Virus record (IMG/VR): IMGVR_UViG_3300031555_002574
Origin: an uncultured virus (IMG/VR IMGVR_UViG_3300031555_002574)
Taxonomy: Duplodnaviria > Heunggongvirae > Uroviricota > Caudoviricetes
DNA: 64,000 bases
Strand: one strand, 5' to 3'
This document shows positions 58,071-64,000 of the stretch, piece by piece. Every line of letters begins with the position of its first letter. Position 1 is the first letter of the stretch. Below the pieces are notes generated by a model. The model had not been told where the DNA came from. It did not search any database and saw only the letters and a list, made by a program, of their open reading frames with translations. The position numbers were made by a program, and so were the translations under genes.

Positions 58071-61000
58071 ATGTCAATTAATACAGGTGATAACTTTAAT
58101 TATTTAGGTAAAAAATTCCTAGATTCAAGACAATCATTTGATACGGTAGAACAAATGGTAATGTGTTCAGACGTTCCAGATGGATTTATAACATATTGTA
58201 AATCAGATGGATTAAGATATGAATATTTATCTTCAAATGAAAATGATGAGTTATTAGGTAAATGGCGTATACACAATGGTGGTATGTCAGATGAAGAAAA
58301 AGAATTATTAAATTTAAAATTCGATGACGTTGAAACGAATAATGAAGCCGATGAACTAGGTAACGTGTTCACAGTTATGAGATTTTTATCTAACGGAGAA
58401 GTTGTAAAAACTGTAAAATTCCAAGGTGGTGGAGGAACTGGTATGCTGGGAGGTACATTAAGCACTTCTTTACCAGAATCTTCATCAATAAACGAAAATG
58501 ATAAATTAACTATACCTTTCACATTCACATCTAACAACTGGGGTGAAGGGACTATACATATAACTATAGTTAACGGTGATACATCAAGAGAATTAATATA
58601 TAGTGTTAAAAAACAAGGTACTAGTACTGTAAATATAGGATATTTAGCTAAAGGTACTAACTATATATCTATGTACGTAGTCGATGCATTACAAAAAATG
58701 ACAAATGTTGTAACTATTACAGTAGTTTGTGGAGCTTTAGAGCTTTCATCTACTTTTGATGCTTCTAGAGACTTTGCATCATACGAAACTATAACTATAC
58801 CTTTTAGAGTAAGTGCACTTAATGCTGATGAAGAACTTACATTAAATGTAGTTATAGATGGTGATGTTATATCTCAAGTTGTAGGAAATGGATATGGAAA
58901 TTTCATTATACCTGAAAAATATAAAACAATAGGTGTTCATAAAGTATCAATGCAAATCGTTACAGCTACAACAATGTCAAAAGAATTGAATTATACAGTA
59001 ATAGTAGTTGATAATGCGCATATATTCTTAAGTTCTGAACAAGAAAGATACGAAGTAGAATTAGGATATGACATCCAAATACCTTATAGACTTTCTACTA
59101 CAAGAATAGATTCTTATGTTGCAAAAGTGTTTATAAATGATGAATTACATCTATCAAATGAAGTTGAAGTTGGAGTTAATAAAATTTCTCTATCATATAG
59201 AATGTTCTCAACTGGTACGTATTCAATATTAATAGATGCAGCTAATGGTGACGGAACTATAACAGATCAATTAGAGTTAACATTGGTAATAAAAGCATCA
59301 TCGTTCTCAAGAATAGAACCAGTTGAAATCGGTCTTGAAGCATTCTTTGATATGAGTACAGGAGATAATACTAGTACAACTAGAGATGTATTAGAATCTA
59401 TAGTTCCAAACTCTAAGAAAGAATATTATAAAATGTACTTACATGATTACAACTATGCTACAAATGGTTGGCTAAATGGTAGACTTGTAAGTAACGGTAC
59501 TGCATGGGCAGAAATAGATTATAAACCATTAGAAAACAACGTAAAAGAAGGATTTACATTTGATATCCTATTTAAAAACTATAATGTTGGTTTAAATGAT
59601 GCTAAAGTTGTAAACTGTATAAGTACAGAAGCTAATAGTGTTGGGTTTGCTATAGACTCAGAGAAAGCTATAGCTGCAACAGATGCCAATACATTAAAAA
59701 CATATTATACTGATAGAGAAGATATGAGGGTAACATTTGTTGTCAATAGAGCTAGTGTTTACTACAAAGAATTTATTATAGATGAAAACGGACATTCAGT
59801 TCCAAATCCAAATCCAACATATGAACCAAACCCTATGATACAAACTTATTTAAATGGGGTTTTAACAGATGTTGCGATGTTATCAGATACTGGAAGTGGA
59901 TCTAATAAAGTATACGAAATGTTCCAAAATGGTGAAAAAATACTTATAAATACAGATAAAATTAAATCATGTTTCGGGAACTGTGAAATAAGATCTATAT
60001 TAATATATAGTAGACCATTAGAACATGAAGAAGTATTAAATAACTACATGTCAGGATTTGACGATTTAAATACTCAAAGAGAATTATATAATAAAAACTA
60101 TATAACAATAGATAACGATATGCCTACAGTTTATATAAACGATAGTGAAATAGGCGATTATAATCTAATGACTAAAGATAATAAACAATGGATGATAATT
60201 CAATATGTATCACCAGATAAAGATAGATTCGGTGACAGTTTTGAATTAATGGGTCAAACAACATGGCAAGGTACATCATCACTTGCTTACCCAATTAAAA
60301 ACTATAAATTTAAGTTATATGATTGGGCTAGAGATGAAAATGGTGAAATTATAGAAGCAACTAAATGGGATACTAGTACTTATACTAAGAAAAAAATAGA
60401 TATGTATCCTACTTCAGGCAATGGGTATAAAGAAAACGTATTCTGTTTAAAAGCTGACTATATGGATAGTTCACACTGTAGAAATACAGGTACAGCTAGA
60501 ATATGTAATGACTTCCTATTTGATGGATATCCTAACCCTGCAAAACAAATAGATCCTAAAACAAGGGATACAATCAACGGACATCCATGTCAAGTATATG
60601 TTAACGGAAGATGGATGGGTGTATATAACTTCAACCATGATAAATCATGTACTAAATCATTAGGATTAGAAACTGTAGAACATACTGTTCGTTGGGAAAT
60701 AAAAGCGAACTCAAATACATCTGCAGGGGCATTCTTTAAAACATGGAGTAATATAGAAGAATGTTATGCAGCAATAACTGCTGACTTTGAAATAGTATAC
60801 GATGAAGATGCTTATGAAGGTAAAACTGGTGAGTACGATTTAACTAAATATTATGATGAGTTAGGATTCGCTTATGATGGTGATTCAGTTAAAGGTACTT
60901 ACTATGATTATGCTATATTATCACTTGCTAGATTTGTAAACTTCGTTGCTACAGCAGATGAAGAAACTTGGTTAGCACATAGTGATGAATATTTTAATAA

Positions 61001-64000
61001 AATTCAAGCTTGTCGTTATTACTTAAACGTTATGACATTAGGTATGATAGACAACTTTGCTAAAAACTGTATAATCAACATGTATGGAGATGATATATGG
61101 TGGTTCAGTTTCTATGATATGGACTCCTCTTTAGGATTAGATAATACAGGATATAATAAATTTGATTGTGATATCGAACCTAGATTCGAAGGTATTTATA
61201 ACTGTTCTACTTCTAATATGTGGGTTAAATTAAATGAGTGGAATCAAAATGATTTATTTGATCAATTCAAAACTATACGTGAAGATAAATATACTTATGA
61301 AAACGTATTAAATTATCTTATAAATAATCAAATAGATCTTATACCTGCAAGACTTTATAATAAGGATATGTATAGTAAGTATATAAGTCAAGGTAGACAA
61401 TATCTTCATATGTTACACGGTAATAATAAAGACCACTTAAAACGTTGGTTATATAATCGTTTCTTATATGTAGATAGTTTATTCTTACAACAAAACAGTC
61501 CATATACAAAACAAAATATAACAGTTCGTTCTTGTGCACCAACATGGGCGGCACCAAAATATAATAGTGCAGGTGAGGTTATATCTTCTTATACTGCTAG
61601 ATTCGAAATTCAAACTTATACACCACAATACGTTACTGTATGTTGGAGAAAAAATACATATGAAACAAAACGTGTTGGATGGGGAGAAACTGTAGTATTT
61701 GAACGTGATATGGTTAATGACCAAGATAATGAACTTATCATATACAACGCAACAGGTTTAAAATCATTAGGGGATATGAGTTGTAATAACCCAACATCAA
61801 TAGATATAGGGGCAGCAACAAGACTTATTGAATTTAAATGTGAAAACTGTAATAAACTTGTAAAAACTGATATATCTAAAAATACTTATATGAGAAAAGC
61901 ATCATTTAAAAACTGTTCTATTTTAGGTACAGTATCAGGTGGTTCAAATGTTATAGATATTTCAACTTGTACTAACTTAACAGAAATAGATATTAGGGGT
62001 ACACAACTTACTTCAGTTGTTACAGGAGGATATGGAGGTAACTTAATTAAAATACTATATCCTGAATCTATTCAAAGTATAGTTTTAGAAAATCAAGCTA
62101 ACTTAGAAATTGTCGGTATACCTTATGGGTATGATAACTTATTAGAGGATAATAATTTCTTCAATATGCAAAGAAGTACGACAAATATTAGTATAGACAG
62201 TGATTTTGTATCAGTTATCGCAGGTGAGCCATTAAGATTAGGTTTATATGACGGTTACACTGTAAAAGATTGGTACACTATGAAATCAGAAATTGAAATG
62301 GTATATAGCTTACACGTAGAAGAATATGATTTTTATCATAATTTATTAAATTCTTCTTGCTTAATAGATAAAGCATCAGTAACATATGATGTTGAAAATA
62401 TCGGTTTACATGATTTTTCTCCAAGAAGTAATACATGTTTTGTAAAACTTAAATTTGTTTGTGAAAATTTACCATTAGGAACAACTGCTATAAAAACTGC
62501 TAATGAAATAGCAAGAACGTTTAGATTATTCTATGTGGATAAATGGGAAGATTTATTATTAGCAAATAATTTAATAACTTTCAGTGCTACTGAATGTAAT
62601 AAACTTAAACAAATTAAGTACCCATATAAAGAAACTGATGAATTATCATTACAACCAGTATTAGCAGTACAAAACTTAACAATAGAAGATGCGTTCCCTA
62701 ATTTAACTGAATTTAATATTAGTGGATTTAACAATTTAGGTTACTTAACAATAATTGATATGCCTAATCTAACAAATATCAAATTCAATGACCTTATTCC
62801 TTATGGTGGGGAAAGAAAACTTAAAACTATAACTATAGGTAATACACCTAATATAACACATGTTGAATTTAACGTTTCATCTAGTGATTATGAAGTTTCA
62901 TTTGCAGATGGAGCTGTAATAGATTTAGGTGCCGTTACATCAATACAAAAAATCGAATGTAATACTTTCATAAAAGGACTTTCTAAATTAATAGTTCCTA
63001 CATCAATGAAAAAATTCGATTTCAACGGTACTTATGGTGACGGTATATCTAGTATAACAAATATCTGGAGTTATAATGGTATACATAGTGAGTTAGAAGG
63101 ATTTGAAGGTATAGACTTTAAAGACTTAGAACTAGAATATTTCGATATGAAAGGTATAAGTAATATAACTAATGCTATAAACTTCAATATCAGACCTACA
63201 GATACACATCCTAACTTAAATACTTTAAGGGATGGAAGTATATATAAACCATATTTTAGACCACAAGGTATATTAAATCTAGATGATTATACAGGCGATT
63301 TTGCTTATATGTGTAAAGGACTAGATTTATCTAAAATGCAAATAATATTAACTAAAAACAAACCAGACATTGTTAATTTTACTAGTTTATTTGAAGGTGC
63401 TATTGTACCTGTAGAAAGTAAACTCGACGCTCTTGTAAGAGTGAATAATTTTATCGCAAGATGTCCGAATGTACGTTATTATTCATCTATGTTTAAAGGA
63501 GCAGATATTTCATTTGAACCTGATGAAATAGTATTAAATACTGAGCAATATATAATGATGGATAGCATGTTTGAAAACAGTAGTGTTTCTAGAGATATTG
63601 TTATACCAATAAATGCAACTGATGTTACACACATGTTTAAAGGTTGTAAAAATATGGTTGAATATGTTAACAACTGGGAAAATCCTGAATACGATAAAGT
63701 TCCTCATGAAGACTGTTATGCTGAAACAGGTGGAGATATGCGATTAATCGAACCTGACTGGGGAGGATTAGGATTAACAGCTAAAAACGTGAGTATATTT
63801 ACAATAACTATACCTACAGATAATTATGTTTGTCAATTAGTTCCTGAAAGTTATGAATTTACTACAGATTACGCATATATCGATTGGGGTGATAAATCAA
63901 CATCGAATGGTACTAGAGTACATACATATGCTTATGCAGGAGAATATACAGTTACTGCACAATTATCTATATTAAATCGTACTGATAGAGCTAAATTCTT
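58071..64000 (+). CDS. very large tail-associated protein with Ig-like, LamG-like, CotH-like kinase, LRR/BspA-like and PKD-like segments (truncated by window end)
   Basis: ATG at 58071 with GAGG RBS. The frame was spot-checked rather than read in full. Motifs include WQGTSSLAYPIKNYK, LKADYMDSSH, YNFNHDK, DNFAKN, FYDMDSSLG and DWGD...HTYAYAGEYTV. It is absent from the ORF track, consistent with no stop inside the window. Confidence 0.8.
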   Translation, partial: MSINTGDNFNYLGKKFLDSRQSFDTVEQMVMCSDVPDGFITYCKSDGLRYEYLSSNENDELLGKWRIHNGGMSDEEKELLNLKFDDVETNNEADELGNVFTVMRFLSNGEVVKTVKFQGGGGTGMLGGTLSTSLPESSSINENDKLTIPFTFTSNNWGEGTIHITIVNGDTSRELIYSVKKQGTSTVNIGYLAKGTNYISMYVVDALQKMTNVVTITVVCGALELSSTFDASRDFASYETITIPFRVSALNADEELTLNVVIDGDVISQVVGNGYGNFIIPEKYKTIGVHKVSMQIVTATTMSKELNYTVIVVDNAHIFLSSEQERYEVELGYDIQIPYRLSTTRIDSYVAKVFINDELHLSNEVEVGVNKISLSYRMFSTGTYSILIDAANGDGTITDQLELTLVIKASSFSRIEPVEIGLEAFFDMSTGDNTSTTRDVLESIVPNSKKEYYKMYLHDYNYATNGWLNGRLVSNGTAWAEIDYKPLENNVKEGFTFDILFKNYNVGLNDAKVVNCISTEANSVGFAIDSEKAIAATDANTLKTYYTDREDMRVTFVVNRASVYYKEFIIDENGHSVPNPNPTYEPNPMIQTYLNGVLTDVAMLSDTGSGSNKVYEMFQNGEKILINTDKIKSCFGNCEIRSILIYSRPLEHEEVLNNYMSGFDDLNTQRELYNKNYITIDNDMPTVYINDSEIGDYNLMTKDNKQWMIIQYVSPDKDRFGDSFELMGQTTWQGTSSLAYPIKNYKFKLYDWARDENGEIIEATKWDTSTYTKKKIDMYPTSGNGYKENVFCLKADYMDSSHCRNTGTARICNDFLFDGYPNPAKQIDPKTRDTINGHPCQVYVNGRWMGVYNFNHDKSCTKSLGLETVEHTVRWEIKANSNTSAGAFFKTWSNIEECYAAITADFEIVYDEDAYEGKTGEYDLTKYYDELGFAYDGDSVKGTYYDYAILSLARFVNFVATADEETWLAHSDEYFNKIQACRYYLNVMTLGMIDNFAKNCIINMYGDDIWWFSFYDMDSSLGLDNTGYNKFDCDIEPRFEGIYNCSTSNMWVKLNEWNQNDLFDQFKTIREDKYTYENVLNYLINNQIDLIPARLYNKDMYSKYISQGRQYLHMLHGNNKDHLKRWLYNRFLYVDSLFLQQNSPYTKQNITVRSCAPTWAAPKYNSAGEVISSYTARFEIQTYTPQYVTVCWRKNTYETKRVGWGETVVFERDMVNDQDNELIIYNATGLKSLGDMSCNNPTSIDIGAATRLIEFKCENCNKLVKTDISKNTYMRKASFKNCSILGTVSGGSNVIDISTCTNLTEIDIRGTQLTSVVTGGYGGNLIKILYPESIQSIVLENQANLEIVGIPYGYDNLLEDNNFFNMQRSTTNISIDSDFVSVIAGEPLRLGLYDGYTVKDWYTMKSEIEMVYSLHVEEYDFYHNLLNSSCLIDKASVTYDVENIGLHDFSPRSNTCFVKLKFVCENLPLGTTAIKTANEIARTFRLFYVDKWEDLLLANNLITFSATECNKLKQIKYPYKETDELSLQPVLAVQNLTIEDAFPNLTEFNISGFNNLGYLTIIDMPNLTNIKFNDLIPYGGERKLKTITIGNTPNITHVEFNVSSSDYEVSFADGAVIDLGAVTSIQKIECNTFIKGLSKLIVPTSMKKFDFNGTYGDGISSITNIWSYNGIHSELEGFEGIDFKDLELEYFDMKGISNITNAINFNIRPTDTHPNLNTLRDGSIYKPYFRPQGILNLDDYTGDFAYMCKGLDLSKMQIILTKNKPDIVNFTSLFEGAIVPVESKLDALVRVNNFIARCPNVRYYSSMFKGADISFEPDEIVLNTEQYIMMDSMFENSSVSRDIVIPINATDVTHMFKGCKNMVEYVNNWENPEYDKVPHEDCYAETGGDMRLIEPDWGGLGLTAKNVSIFTITIPTDNYVCQLVPESYEFTTDYAYIDWGDKSTSNGTRVHTYAYAGEYTVTAQLSILNRTDRAKF

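Noticed and set aside
712..63673. Many short opposite-strand ORFs in the track (e.g. 4022-4318, 7113-7463, 8470-8796, 31891-32352, 48298-48930, 58100-58537)
   Set aside because: They are antisense shadows of longer genes, lack an RBS and have atypical composition
1..64000. Alternative genetic code (stop codon reassignment) as seen in some gut phages
   Set aside because: Long conserved genes are intact under the standard code, and TAA, TAG and TGA all end genes at plausible positions

Overview
This window is 64 kb of a very AT-rich jumbo bacteriophage genome of the phiKZ/AR9 (PBS1)-like type. The host is most likely a Firmicute/Clostridia: genes have GGAGG ribosome-binding sites, and there is a class B sortase and an Amidase_3-SH3 endolysin. 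It encodes split beta subunits of two multisubunit RNA polymerases and replication/recombination genes (NAD-dependent ligase, UvsX/RecA, GyrA/GyrB, Dda-like and DnaB-like helicases, SbcD, a PD-(D/E)XK nuclease). It also carries IF-1, expanded families of small GNAT and HEXXH proteins, and baseplate, tail and lysis genes. A >1970-codon tail-associated ORF with a CotH-like kinase domain runs off the right end. Two promoter classes can be read directly: an early-type TGTAA-N19/20-ATATTATAA and an AR9-like late-type AACA-N6-TA. The most notable unexplained elements are three candidate structured non-coding RNAs: a ~600 nt promoter-driven RNA at 5590-6188, a four-way junction with twin GAAGUUU loops at 37843-37926, and a ~230 nt promoter-to-terminator unit at 42306-42536. 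Also notable is a phage-borne sortase next to a frameshifted cognate PxTG surface protein. All functional calls come from motif recognition by eye; no database searches or folding programs were run.
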